Shown: positions 1 to 9,135 of the stretch, piece by piece
Position numbering within the stretch: the stretch's first letter is position 1
Layout of the letters: every line of letters starts with the position of its first letter
NCBI GenBank assembly: GCA_018649625.1
Contig: JABIHN010000018.1
Location: 4,106-68,105, forward strand
DNA length: 64,000 bases
Direction: 5' to 3'
DNA from: Fidelibacterota bacterium
Lineage (GTDB): Bacteria; Fidelibacterota; Marinisomatia; Marinisomatales; UBA1611
Made by a program: the position numbers and the translations under genes
The notes under the pieces: generated by a model
What the model saw: the letters and a program-made list of their open reading frames with translations, nothing else
Told to the model about the DNA's origin: nothing
Databases searched by the model: none

Positions 1-238
1 TTTTGTCCAATTCTACAAAAACACGTTTTTGAACAAATAATTCATTCAAAACTATTCCATCGGCAGAATATATCCGTGTAACTAAATCTGGATCATAATT
101 TTCTAATTGTTCTAATGAAGGCAGATCTCTTGCTAAAAAATAAGAAATTCCTAAAATAAAGAGAATACCAAGTAAAATGATACCGAGACTATTCCGAATA
201 ATTCGGCCTACATGAATGGGCGAGGAAAGATTAAACAT
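1..238 (-). CDS. Class A penicillin-binding protein (PBP1A-like), N-terminal 79 codons; gene runs off the window start
   Basis: Minus-strand ATG at 238-236. My translation is MFNLSSPIHVGRIIRNSLGIILLGILFILGISYFLARDLPSLEQLENYDPDLVTRIYSADGIVLNELFVQKRVFVELDK: a short cytoplasmic tail, a TM anchor, then the LPS.EQLENY.P...TRIYS.DG opening of the glycosyltransferase-51 module. It is absent from the ORF track because no stop lies inside the window. Confidence 0.6.
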   Translation of the reverse strand, partial: MFNLSSPIHVGRIIRNSLGIILLGILFILGISYFLARDLPSLEQLENYDPDLVTRIYSADGIVLNELFVQKRVFVELDK

Positions 239-251
239 GAGAAAATTTACA

Positions 252-282
252 CCTTGCTCAGGGGTAGCTGAACAAGGTTTTT
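252..282. terminator. Hairpin in the fumC/PBP spacer (10-bp stem with 1 mismatch, 6-nt loop)
   Basis: CCTTGCTCAG-gggtag-CTGAACAAGG followed by TTTTT on the + strand. Both flanking genes are on the - strand, where the trailing U-tract is poor, so its role as the fumC terminator is uncertain. Confidence 0.3.
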
Positions 283-319
283 AAAAAATAAAGAGAAAAG
301 GAAGAATGGTTTAATAGGA

Positions 320-1717
320 TTAATTCTTCTTCCTGGGGTGAATCATATTCTCAGGTTGAACCAAGCGATCAAAATCTTCACCTGACATATACCCTAATTC
401 GATAATCGTTTTTCGAAGTGTTGATTTATTCTTAAATGCTGTTTTTGCAACTTCTGCAGCTTTATCGTATCCAATATGTGGGTTAAGCGCTGTGACTAAC
501 ATTAATGAATTATAAAGATTATGATCAATTCTTTCCTGGTTAGGCTCAATACCCACAATCGCATGTTCAGTAAAGGATTTACAGCCATCAGCCAATAAAC
601 GAATGGATTGTAAAATATTGTATGCTAAAACAGGGCGATATACATTTAATTCAAAATTTCCAGAAGCGCCAGCAATTGTAATCGTTGTATCATTTCCCAT
701 AACTTGGGTACACAACATTGTAAGAGCTTCACATTGGGTTGGATTTACTTTACCAGGCATAATTGATGAACCCGGCTCATTTGCAGGAATGGATATTTCA
801 CCAATTCCTGATCTGGGACCGCTTGCCAACCAACGAATATCATTGGCAATTTTAAATAAAGATGTGGCGATTACTTTTAATGCACCCGACAATTCAACAA
901 TACTATCTTGTCCGCCTAAAGCTTCAAATTTATTATCTGCTGTTCTAAATGGAAGGCCTGTTAATTCAGCGATTTCGTTGGCAGCTGCTTCACCAAATCC
1001 TTCTACAGAGTTGATGCCAGTTCCAACAGCGGTTCCACCCATGGCCAACTCATAACAATTGTCTAATGCCTTATCTATACGGTTTAAACCGTGGTCTACC
1101 GCAGAAACATATCCGGAAAATTCTTGTCCCAAACTAAGAGGCGTCGCATCCTGTAAATGGGTTCGCCCTAATTTGATAACAGAAGAAAATGCTTTCGCTT
1201 TTTCATCCAATGCATCACGCAATCTTTTCATGGCAGGAATCAACTGTTGATGAATACTTTCTACAGCAGCAATATTGATTGCTGAAGGAAATGTATCATT
1301 GGTGGATTGGCTCATGTTAACGTGGTCATTTGGATGAATTGGATTTTTACTTCCCATTTCGCCCCCAAGCATTTCAATGGCACGATTCGCAATGACTTCA
1401 TTGAAATTCATATTAGATTGCGTACCAGATCCTGTTTGCCAAACGACCAATGGAAAATGGTTATCTAATTTTCCTTCAATGACTTCATTTATGGCTGAAT
1501 GAATGATTGATTTAGTTGAATCATCTAAATTGCCAAATTCATGATTGATTGTGGCGGCCGCTTTTTTTAAGATTCCGTAGGCACGAATAAATTCACGAGG
1601 GAAGCGTTCTCCACCGATTTTAAAATTTTCATAGGATCGCTGCGTTTGCGCGCCATAGTATTTATCAGATGGAACTTCGATTGGGCCTATACTATCTCGT
1701 TCTGTGCGCGTACTCAT
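320..1717 (-). CDS. fumC: Fumarate hydratase, class II
   Basis: 465 aa. Carries the fumarase/aspartase signature [16 protein letters not shown] and the typical N-terminus [24 protein letters not shown]. Confidence 0.95.
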   Translation of the reverse strand: MSTRTERDSIGPIEVPSDKYYGAQTQRSYENFKIGGERFPREFIRAYGILKKAAATINHEFGNLDDSTKSIIHSAINEVIEGKLDNHFPLVVWQTGSGTQSNMNFNEVIANRAIEMLGGEMGSKNPIHPNDHVNMSQSTNDTFPSAINIAAVESIHQQLIPAMKRLRDALDEKAKAFSSVIKLGRTHLQDATPLSLGQEFSGYVSAVDHGLNRIDKALDNCYELAMGGTAVGTGINSVEGFGEAAANEIAELTGLPFRTADNKFEALGGQDSIVELSGALKVIATSLFKIANDIRWLASGPRSGIGEISIPANEPGSSIMPGKVNPTQCEALTMLCTQVMGNDTTITIAGASGNFELNVYRPVLAYNILQSIRLLADGCKSFTEHAIVGIEPNQERIDHNLYNSLMLVTALNPHIGYDKAAEVAKTAFKNKSTLRKTIIELGYMSGEDFDRLVQPENMIHPRKKN

Positions 1718-1718
1718 A

Positions 1719-2726
1719 TTAGTTTACAATCCAGGTATCACCAGCATTTAAAAGATCTTGAACTTTAGCTAACCCTTTTGATTTTTTAGCTGCATCTATT
1801 TGGTCTACTAATTCCTGATTATATGTTGGTTTGTCAATACAATAAATAACGCCAATTGGTTCAGGCAACACAGGGCTCGAAGTCCAGTTTGCTATAATGT
1901 GTGCTAAATCCAAATTAGTTTCATCATGAATTAAAATATCATTTACACTATGTGTTTCCATATCCACAACTATGGCTTTAGATCCATCTAGTCTTATCCC
2001 TTTGGTATCTTTAGCAAATAACATAGGTTCACCATGTTTTAGTTCAATTACATTATCTAACTTTTCAGTGCCAGTATATTCTTCATATGCACCGTCATTG
2101 AAGATATTACAATTTTGATAAATCTCAATTAAAGATCCACCGTCATGTTGGTAGGAACGTTCGAGCATTTCAGCGAGATGTTTTTGCCAACGATCAATTG
2201 TTCGGGCTACAAATGTTGCTTGTGCGCCCAATGCCAATGATGGAGGGTTTAAAGGATAATCGATAGATCCAAATGGTGATGCTTTAGTTTTTTTCCCTTG
2301 TTCGGATGTAGGAGAATATTGCCCTTTTGTTAATCCATAAATTCGATTATTGAACATTAGAATATTGAGATCCATATTTCGTCGTAATGCATGCATAAAA
2401 TGGTTCCCACCGATGGAAAGTCCATCTCCGTCTCCTGTTACTACCCAAACAGAAAGATCGGGGTTTGCAATTTTAACACCTGTGGCAATCGCAGGTGCAC
2501 GACCATGAATTGAATGAAACCCGTAAGTATTCATGTAATATGGGAAACGACTTGAACATCCAATCCCTGAAACGAAAACAAAATCTTCACGTTTGCGACC
2601 AAACGTTGGCATTTTCTTTTGAGTTTGTGCTAGGATAGCATAATCACCACATCCAGGGCACCATCGTACCGCTTGATCTGATACAAAGTCTTTTTTAGTT
2701 AATGGAGGTGTTTGTACTTCAGTCAT
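1719..2726 (-). CDS. korB: 2-oxoglutarate/2-oxoacid:ferredoxin oxidoreductase, beta (TPP-binding) subunit
   Basis: 335 aa. Has the [12 protein letters not shown] motif and the GDGD...GGNH TPP-binding region. It lies 4 nt downstream of korA, and fumC starts 1 nt after it. Confidence 0.9.
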   Translation of the reverse strand: MTEVQTPPLTKKDFVSDQAVRWCPGCGDYAILAQTQKKMPTFGRKREDFVFVSGIGCSSRFPYYMNTYGFHSIHGRAPAIATGVKIANPDLSVWVVTGDGDGLSIGGNHFMHALRRNMDLNILMFNNRIYGLTKGQYSPTSEQGKKTKASPFGSIDYPLNPPSLALGAQATFVARTIDRWQKHLAEMLERSYQHDGGSLIEIYQNCNIFNDGAYEEYTGTEKLDNVIELKHGEPMLFAKDTKGIRLDGSKAIVVDMETHSVNDILIHDETNLDLAHIIANWTSSPVLPEPIGVIYCIDKPTYNQELVDQIDAAKKSKGLAKVQDLLNAGDTWIVN

Positions 2727-2730
2727 AATT

Positions 2731-4572
2731 TTAACCCAGTGTGTTTTTAACAGTTTCTATAATGCTTAATGCACTAATCGGACGACCACGGACAAGATTT
2801 AAACCTTGTGCATCAACAAGGTATTCTGCTCGAATTATTCGAAGAAATTGTCCTAGATTGATTTCTGGAACCAAAACATTTTTGAATCCAATAATAATTT
2901 CACCTAAATCTTTTGGTAGAGGACTAATCCATCTAATATGAGCATGAGATACTTTTAGTCCTTCTTCTTGTAAGGTTTCTACAGCAGATCGGCAAGAACC
3001 ATAGGTTCCACCCCAACTAAGGACAAGCATATCACCATGATCTTCACCATAAACTTTTGTAGGTGCAATATCCTGTTGAATACGATTTACTTTTTCTTGT
3101 CTTATTTCAACCATCTTATGATGATTCTCAGGATCATAGGAAACATGTCCCGTATTTTCAGCTTTTTCTATACCACCTAAACGATGTTCTAATTCAGGTG
3201 TTCCAGGAATCGCCCATGGGCGTGAAAGCGTTTTTTCATCTCGTAGATAGGGTAAGTAATCTGTCTCACTATTTTTTTCATGAGCAAACTTTACATCAAT
3301 ATCTTCTAAATCATCCACATTTGGAATTTTCCAAGGCTCAGAACCATTCGCCAAATAGCCATCAGTAAGTAACATGACTGGTGTCATATATTTTAAAGCA
3401 ATTCGACATGCTTCATATGCGGCAAAGAAACAATCTCCTGGTGTTTCTGCTGCAATAACTGGCATAGGCGCTTCACCATTTCGGCCATAAAGTGCTTGGT
3501 TTAAATCTGATTGTTCAGTTTTAGTAGGTAATCCTGTACTAGGACCTCCACGTTGAACATTAATGATTACCATTGGTAATTCTGTTATTATTCCCAATCC
3601 TAATGCTTCACCTTTTAAGGCAACACCAGGTCCAGATGTTGCAGTAATTGCAAGTTTACCGGCAAAAGCGGCACCTACCACAGATGACATACCAGCAATC
3701 TCATCTTCAGCTTGGAAAGTTTGAACTCCAAAATGTTTCCAAGTTGCTAAGGTATGAAGAATATCACTTGCTGGCGTAATGGGATAACCTCCATAAAACA
3801 ATTCTAACCCTGATTTTTCAGATGCGGCCAATAAACCCAGAGATGTTGCAAGGTTTCCATTCATATTCCGATAGTTACCTTTAGGGAGGTTGGCTTTTTC
3901 TACTTTAAATCTTGTCATGAATAATTCAGTTGTATCTCCAAAATTGTACCCAGCATTCAATGCTTTAGTATTGGCGTCAATTATGGAATCTTTTCCTTTG
4001 AATTTTTTCTTTAACCAATCTTCTGTGGAATTTAAAGGGCGGTCATACATATAGAATAAAACACCTAAGGCGAAAAGATTTTTAGTTCTTCCAACCAATT
4101 TGGGTGGCATATCTAAACCTTCACAAGCTGCCGTTACCATTTTATTCATTTCAATTGGAATGATAGTGAAATAATCATCTAATGATCCATCTTCAAGTGG
4201 ATTAGATTCATATCCAGCAAATTTCAAATTCTTTTTAGTGAAAGCATCAGTATTAATAATCATCGTGCCACCAGGAATTAATTCATTTCGATGGACTTTT
4301 AGTGCCGCAGGATTCATGGCAACCAGTACATCGGGTTTATCACCGGGAGTGTGAATGTCTTTTGATGAAAATTTAATTTGGAATGCACTGACTCCAGCTA
4401 ATGATCCGGCGGGTGCACGAATCTCGGCAGGAAAGTCGGGCAACGTACTTAAGTCGTTACCTAAGATGGCCGTAGTTTCTGTAAAGCGTCCACCTGTTAA
4501 TTGCATCCCATCACCGGAGTCTCCGGCAAATCGAATGACAGCTTCGTCAATTGTCTTGAATGTTTTACCCAT
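2731..4572 (-). CDS. korA: 2-oxoglutarate/2-oxoacid:ferredoxin oxidoreductase, alpha subunit (fused gamma+alpha type)
   Basis: 613 aa. Motifs GYPITPASD and GGPSTGLPTKTEQSDL are typical of KorA in two-subunit OFOR enzymes. Confidence 0.9.
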   Translation of the reverse strand: MGKTFKTIDEAVIRFAGDSGDGMQLTGGRFTETTAILGNDLSTLPDFPAEIRAPAGSLAGVSAFQIKFSSKDIHTPGDKPDVLVAMNPAALKVHRNELIPGGTMIINTDAFTKKNLKFAGYESNPLEDGSLDDYFTIIPIEMNKMVTAACEGLDMPPKLVGRTKNLFALGVLFYMYDRPLNSTEDWLKKKFKGKDSIIDANTKALNAGYNFGDTTELFMTRFKVEKANLPKGNYRNMNGNLATSLGLLAASEKSGLELFYGGYPITPASDILHTLATWKHFGVQTFQAEDEIAGMSSVVGAAFAGKLAITATSGPGVALKGEALGLGIITELPMVIINVQRGGPSTGLPTKTEQSDLNQALYGRNGEAPMPVIAAETPGDCFFAAYEACRIALKYMTPVMLLTDGYLANGSEPWKIPNVDDLEDIDVKFAHEKNSETDYLPYLRDEKTLSRPWAIPGTPELEHRLGGIEKAENTGHVSYDPENHHKMVEIRQEKVNRIQQDIAPTKVYGEDHGDMLVLSWGGTYGSCRSAVETLQEEGLKVSHAHIRWISPLPKDLGEIIIGFKNVLVPEINLGQFLRIIRAEYLVDAQGLNLVRGRPISALSIIETVKNTLG

Positions 4573-4786
4573 GTAAGTTCGTATTTATTGGAAAGTTATT
4601 AATCTTGGTGAAGAATAAAAAATTCCAGGTTAGTAAAAATGATTATAATGTTTTTCAATATTTCGTAAAATCAGTACTTGAATTTACCAAGTTGATACAA
4701 AGGTGAAAAAGAAATTAATTCTCTTTCTTTATCAACAATATTTTAAGATTACACTCATAATTAAACGAAAATACTTATCAAATCTT

Positions 4787-6754
4787 ATGGAAAATAAACA
4801 CAAATATTCTTTTGGAATACGAATGCGATACCGCATTGATAATTTTATGGCAAAGGGTAGCTCCTCCATTTTTCTAGCCTTACTTGCACTGTTTATGTGT
4901 GGTTTTCTCGTCATGGTTATGGTTCGAATGATAGCAAATCTTTTTCTTCCAGATGAAACTTTAAGTAGTTGGATGGAGATTCCATGGCGTGTTTATGTTT
5001 CAGTAATGGAGGGTTCAGCGGCAGAAACTGATGGTGATAGTAATTGGCTCGCAAAGGTAACATCCATTGTTGGAGTCCTTGTTGGACTCATCCTTTTTTC
5101 AAGTATGGTTGCATTTATCACAAGTGTTTTTGAAGCAAAATTGGCCGAGTTACGGCGTGGAAGAAGTTTGGTTCTAGAAGAAAATCACACACTCATTCTA
5201 GGGTTCGGTGATCGTATTATTGAAATTATTCGTGAGCTTATTGAAGCAAATGAATCAGAGCCAGATGCTGCCATTGTAATTTTAGCCGATGATGATAAAG
5301 AAGAAATGGATAATATTATCCGCGATAATATTGATGATTTTATTTCAACACGTGTCATCACACGTTCCGGTGTGGTAACCAATATAAATAATTTGAAAAA
5401 GGTGAAGGCCGAAAATGCTAAATCCATTATCATCATGAATAGTGCAGCCAGTTGGAGACCTAAAGAAGACAGGAAGTTGGCAGATGCATTGGTATTAAAA
5501 TCCATCATGTCTATTATTGCTGTTTGTGATGGTGAAAAACATCCGCCTATTGTGTGTGAAATTCATTCTGATAGAGATAGAGAGCTTGCCGAAAACATTT
5601 CCAATGGTACGGTAAAAGCTCTCAATGAAGTGAGTGTCCTATCTCGCATGATTGCTCAATTGGCCTTAAGTAGAAATGGCCTTTCAGTTGTGTATAGCGA
5701 TATGGTTGGGTTTGATGGCAATGAATTTTATTTTTATCAACCGGAAGATGGCTGGGGTGGCCATTTGACTTTTGGCGAAAGTTCTAACCGATTTAAGAGT
5801 AGTACGCCCATGGGAATCCATAAGGCTGATGGAAAAATTTTATTAAATCCATCGCCTGAGATGCCTGTAACAGATGAAGATGAACTCATTGTATTTGCAG
5901 AAGATGATTCAACAATTTTCTACTTTAATCAACCTGTTTTTGAAGCTGAAATAAACGAGATACCCCAATCTAACATGAGTCTTAGAACTCAACGAGTTGC
6001 TCTTTTAAACTGGACGCCAAAAACTGACATTATCATGGAAAAACTGTGCAGTTATCTTCCACCAGGTTCGGAATTGTGTACCTATGTTACAGAAGTTAAT
6101 AATGAGATGGATACAGTAAAGGAAACTCTTTTAAAGCAGTACCCTAATTTGACCATTTCAATTCTTCAAATGGATTTTAATGACCTAACTAAATTAAATG
6201 AAATTGATCCTAATAATTTTGATAGTTTATTGATATTATCTCCTGGGGGAGCCACTATCGAAGAGATGGATGCTTACGTAATTTCATTATTGATTCGTCT
6301 TCGACAAATTTTGAAAAATTCAGGATCAAATAAATGGCCAAAGCTCATTACAGAAGTAATGGATAGTGAAAATATTGATATTATTTTAAATAGTGGTGTA
6401 GAAGATTTTATGGTTTCAAACCAATTTGTATCTCAAATAATGGCTCAAGTCTCAGAAGAACCTTTAGCTTTGGATGTATATGATGACCTTTTTCAATCGG
6501 AAGGAAGTGAATTGTATATTAAACCTGTTTCCTATTACTTTTCATTTAATGGAAAAGAATCAATTACAGTAGCGTATGGAGAGTGTGTCCAAGCTGCCAA
6601 ACTTCGGAATGAAGTTATTTTGGGTATTCAACTTCATTCGGAACAAAAGGATAAGGATAAAATGTTTGGAATATCTTTAATTCCCAATAAAAGCGATGTA
6701 TTTACAATCACCCCAAATGATGGATTAATAGCTTTAGCGCAAGATGAATCGTAA
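4787..6754 (+). CDS. Putative ion channel of the CASTOR/POLLUX (DMI1)-like type: 2-TM pore module plus tandem RCK/TrkA-like domains
   Basis: Two TM helices flank a pore-like loop (WRVYVSVMEGSAAETDGDSNW). They are followed by HTLILGFGDRIIEIIRELIEANESEPDAAIVILADDDKEEMD, which strongly resembles the first RCK domain of CASTOR/POLLUX-type proteins (recalled from memory). The track starts at GTG 4703; I prefer ATG 4787 (MENKHKYSF..), but the start is unresolved. Confidence 0.6.
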   Translation: MENKHKYSFGIRMRYRIDNFMAKGSSSIFLALLALFMCGFLVMVMVRMIANLFLPDETLSSWMEIPWRVYVSVMEGSAAETDGDSNWLAKVTSIVGVLVGLILFSSMVAFITSVFEAKLAELRRGRSLVLEENHTLILGFGDRIIEIIRELIEANESEPDAAIVILADDDKEEMDNIIRDNIDDFISTRVITRSGVVTNINNLKKVKAENAKSIIIMNSAASWRPKEDRKLADALVLKSIMSIIAVCDGEKHPPIVCEIHSDRDRELAENISNGTVKALNEVSVLSRMIAQLALSRNGLSVVYSDMVGFDGNEFYFYQPEDGWGGHLTFGESSNRFKSSTPMGIHKADGKILLNPSPEMPVTDEDELIVFAEDDSTIFYFNQPVFEAEINEIPQSNMSLRTQRVALLNWTPKTDIIMEKLCSYLPPGSELCTYVTEVNNEMDTVKETLLKQYPNLTISILQMDFNDLTKLNEIDPNNFDSLLILSPGGATIEEMDAYVISLLIRLRQILKNSGSNKWPKLITEVMDSENIDIILNSGVEDFMVSNQFVSQIMAQVSEEPLALDVYDDLFQSEGSELYIKPVSYYFSFNGKESITVAYGECVQAAKLRNEVILGIQLHSEQKDKDKMFGISLIPNKSDVFTITPNDGLIALAQDES

Positions 6755-6821
6755 TTGTAAGTTATTTCTTTGAATGGAATTACTGGTATATTCTGTGCTA
6801 TTTAAACAGACATAAAAAAAA

Positions 6822-7862
6822 ATGAAAAAAGAAAAAGAAAATATAAGACTCACTTTGTTGAGTCACGGTTCCGGTTGAGCTTGTAAGATTGGTCCGGGGG
6901 ACCTAGCCCAAGTTTTGGGTAATCTTAAAATGAAATCTCATGATTCTGTCATTGTAGGCTTTGATGGCGCAGATGATGCCGCCGTGGTGCGTCTAAATGA
7001 TGGTACAATATTGGTTCAATCTGTAGACTTTTTCACACCAGTTGTAGATGATCCTTATCAATTTGGACAAATTGCTGCAGCAAATGCTTTGTCTGATATT
7101 TATGCAATGGGTGGAAAACCACTTTTTGCTTTAAATATTGTTGGTTTTCCTATTGACGATTTGCCAAAATCCGTTTTAACTGAAATATTACAAGGTGGTG
7201 CGGATAAAGCTGCTGAAGCAGGAATCCCTATTGTTGGAGGACATTCTGTGGATGATAAAGAACCCAAATATGGGATGGTTGTCACGGGAGAAGTAGAAGA
7301 ATCAAAAATGTGGAGAAATTCTGGCGCTCAAGTTGGAGATGTCCTAATCTTAACTAAGCCATTAGGAACAGGTATTATTGCCACGGCCATTAAAAAGGGT
7401 GAAGCAAGTGAAGGTAGTATATCCGCAGCAATTGAGTCTATGGGATCGTTAAATAAAGATGCGGCTGATGCGTTAAACGATTTAGATGTACATGCTGTTA
7501 CAGATGTGACTGGATTTGGATTGTTAGGGCATTTAAAAGAGTTGTGTGAAGCGAGCAATATTTCATCCAATATTTATTTTGATCAAATCGAATTTTTACC
7601 TGGGGTTCGTGAGCTAGCAGAATCGGGAATTATGCCGGGCGGAACTAAACGTAATTTAGATTTTGTGAAAGATTTTGTATTATTTAAATCAACATTAACA
7701 CAGGTAGATCAATTTATGATTGCAGATGCTCAAACATCTGGCGGTCTATTAATATCGATATCTAAAAGCGATGCTAAAACATTTTTAAATATATTTAAAA
7801 ATTCCGCAGCAGTCATTGGTGAAATTAGCCATCGTAATAATAAATTAATTTCTATTAATTGA
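6822..7862 (+). CDS. selD: Selenide, water dikinase (selenophosphate synthetase), selenocysteine-containing form; UGA (Sec) at 6876-6878
   Basis: The track ORF (6915..7862, TTG start) lacks the catalytic N-terminus. In the same frame, ATG 6822 gives MKKEKENIRLTLLSHGSG-[TGA]-ACKIGPGDLAQVLGNLK and then continues into the track ORF. The TGA sits at the Cys/Sec position of the G-x-G-(C/U)-x-x-K loop (E. coli Cys17/Lys20). The rest matches SelD/PurM-fold motifs (DDAAVV, FFTPVVDDPY.FG.IAAANALSDIYAMGG, DVTGFGLLGH, PGGTKRN). The total of 346 codons is the usual SelD size. Confidence 0.85.
6878..6914 (+). promoter_or_regulatory. Candidate bacterial SECIS element for the selD UGA
   Basis: Two-tier hairpin that begins at the last nucleotide of the UGA. 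Lower stem: AGCTTG (6878-6883) pairs with CAAGTT (6909-6914), with one G-U pair. Upper stem: GGTCC (6891-6895) pairs with GGACC (6899-6903). The apical loop is GGG. The upper stem starts 15 nt after the U of the UGA. Confidence 0.6.
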
Positions 7863-7904
7863 TTCTCCATTTAAATCCGACATAAATAGTCTTAATTAAA
7901 TGTT

Positions 7905-7932
7905 TGATTGAAATTTCTTTTATTTGTAAAAT
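7905..7932 (+). promoter_or_regulatory. Sigma-70-like promoter for the Rrf2-suf operon
   Basis: TTGATT (7905-7910), a 16-nt spacer, then TAAAAT (7927-7932). It lies 24 nt upstream of ATG 7956. This is sequence resemblance only. Confidence 0.4.
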
Positions 7933-7955
7933 AAAGGACTAATTAGGTCGTATAT
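7931..7955. promoter_or_regulatory. Candidate IscR/Rrf2 operator overlapping the -10 box and start site
   Basis: ATAAAGGACTAATTAGGTCGTATAT matches 18 of 25 positions of the E. coli IscR type-1 consensus ATASYYGACTRWWWYAGTCRRSTAT (consensus recalled from memory). It contains an imperfect dyad, GGACTAA/TTAGGTC. Confidence 0.35.
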
Positions 7956-8360
7956 ATGTTGAAAATCACGAGAAAAGTAGAATATGCACTCATAGCTTTA
8001 AGTCAAATGCAACTGAATGGAGATGAATCGTTGACATCTGTTAAGGAGATATCTCAACAAAATGATATACCTTATGAACTTCTAGCTAAAACGATGCAAC
8101 TTCTTGCAAAGGCCGAAATTGTAGAAGCTGTTAAAGGTCCACAGGGTGGGTATCGTCTTAAAAAAGATCCTACTGATATTAAAATGACAACTTTTTTTGA
8201 AATCATTGAAGGTCCCATGGGATTTATGGATTGTTCATTTGATTCTAATTGTCACCAAATTAGATCCTGTTCTATCCGGACCCCTATTCAAAGAATTAAT
8301 GATTCTATTCGAAACATGTTTAATAATATTTCACTTAACGATATCACGAGGACAACATGA
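7956..8360 (+). CDS. Rrf2-family transcriptional regulator, IscR-like (Fe-S cluster-binding)
   Basis: 134 aa. N-terminal wHTH MLKITRKVEYALIALSQM. Cys triad C-x5-C-x5-C (MDCSFDSNCHQIRSC) with the same spacing as the IscR cluster ligands. It is the first gene of the suf operon. Confidence 0.85.
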   Translation: MLKITRKVEYALIALSQMQLNGDESLTSVKEISQQNDIPYELLAKTMQLLAKAEIVEAVKGPQGGYRLKKDPTDIKMTTFFEIIEGPMGFMDCSFDSNCHQIRSCSIRTPIQRINDSIRNMFNNISLNDITRTT

Positions 8361-8725
8361 GTCATTCTTTAAAACCTAAAGTTATTGATGTACTTAAACA
8401 ATGCTTTGATCCAGAAATTCCGGTAGATCTTTGGAGCCTTGGCTTAATTTATTCTATAGAATTTGATGTAGTTGAAAAAGAGAAATCGGATGTAAATATC
8501 ATTATGTCACTTACAACGCCAGGATGTAGTATGGGGCAACACATGGCAAATGATATTAAAGATAAGGTTTCAAGTATGGATGAAGTCAATGAAGTGAATG
8601 TGACTGTAACCTTTGACCCTCCGTGGAACCCTAAAATGATGAGCGATGAAGCTCGTAGTAAACTGGGATTTGACCCAACCCCTGTCCCAAAAACCGAACC
8701 GAAAATTGAAACGGAGTGGGAATAA
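8357..8725 (+). CDS. DUF59 / MIP18-family Fe-S assembly protein (short SufT/PaaD-like paralogue)
   Basis: 122 aa. Motifs CFDPEIPVDLWSLGLIY and TTPGCSMG. Its ATGA overlaps the Rrf2 stop. Confidence 0.8.
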   Translation: MSHSLKPKVIDVLKQCFDPEIPVDLWSLGLIYSIEFDVVEKEKSDVNIIMSLTTPGCSMGQHMANDIKDKVSSMDEVNEVNVTVTFDPPWNPKMMSDEARSKLGFDPTPVPKTEPKIETEWE

Positions 8726-9111
8726 TGAGCGAAACGATACAAAATAAAAAAACGATTGAAGAACAACAGGAAAAATTTCAAAATGCTACTATCACAGTAA
8801 CAGAGAGTGCAGTAAAAAGATTGAAATCGGTCATGACGTCTGATGGAAAAGAAAATCACATTTTGAGAATGTCCGTTGAAGGTGGGGGCTGCTCAGGTAT
8901 GACATATAAAATGGATTTTGAAAATAAGAAAGGCGAATTTGATAAAGAATTCGAATCCAATGGTCTTACCATTGTTTGTGATTTGAAAAGTTGGCTCTAT
9001 TTAAAAGATATTGAAGTGGATTATTCTGACGACTTATTGAATGGAGGGTTCAAAATACAGAATCCAAATGCAGAGAGAACTTGCGGTTGTGGTACAAGCT
9101 TTTCTGCATAA
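8725..9111 (+). CDS. sufA: A-type Fe-S cluster carrier (SufA/IscA/ErpA family)
   Basis: C-terminal CGCGTSF and internal GGGCSG motifs. The track starts at GTG 8716; ATG 8725 overlaps the upstream stop as TAATG. Confidence 0.85.
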   Translation: MSETIQNKKTIEEQQEKFQNATITVTESAVKRLKSVMTSDGKENHILRMSVEGGGCSGMTYKMDFENKKGEFDKEFESNGLTIVCDLKSWLYLKDIEVDYSDDLLNGGFKIQNPNAERTCGCGTSFSA

Positions 9112-9135
9112 TTACATTTTAAATAATTACAAAAT

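Noticed and set aside
603-1055. Long antisense or alternative-frame ORFs in the track. Examples: 603..1055, 1059..1250, 3063..3368, 5185..5508, 8449..8859, 15698..16012, 20531..20997, 50680..51102, 55066..55410, 57332..57586.
   Set aside because: Each lies entirely inside a well-supported gene on the other strand or in another frame. They have odd composition and no recognisable motif, so they are shadow ORFs.
6915-7862. TTG 6915 as the start of selD, as given by the ORF track.
   Set aside because: It would delete the catalytic G-x-G-(C/U)-x-x-K loop. The upstream in-frame sequence encodes exactly that loop once UGA is read as Sec.
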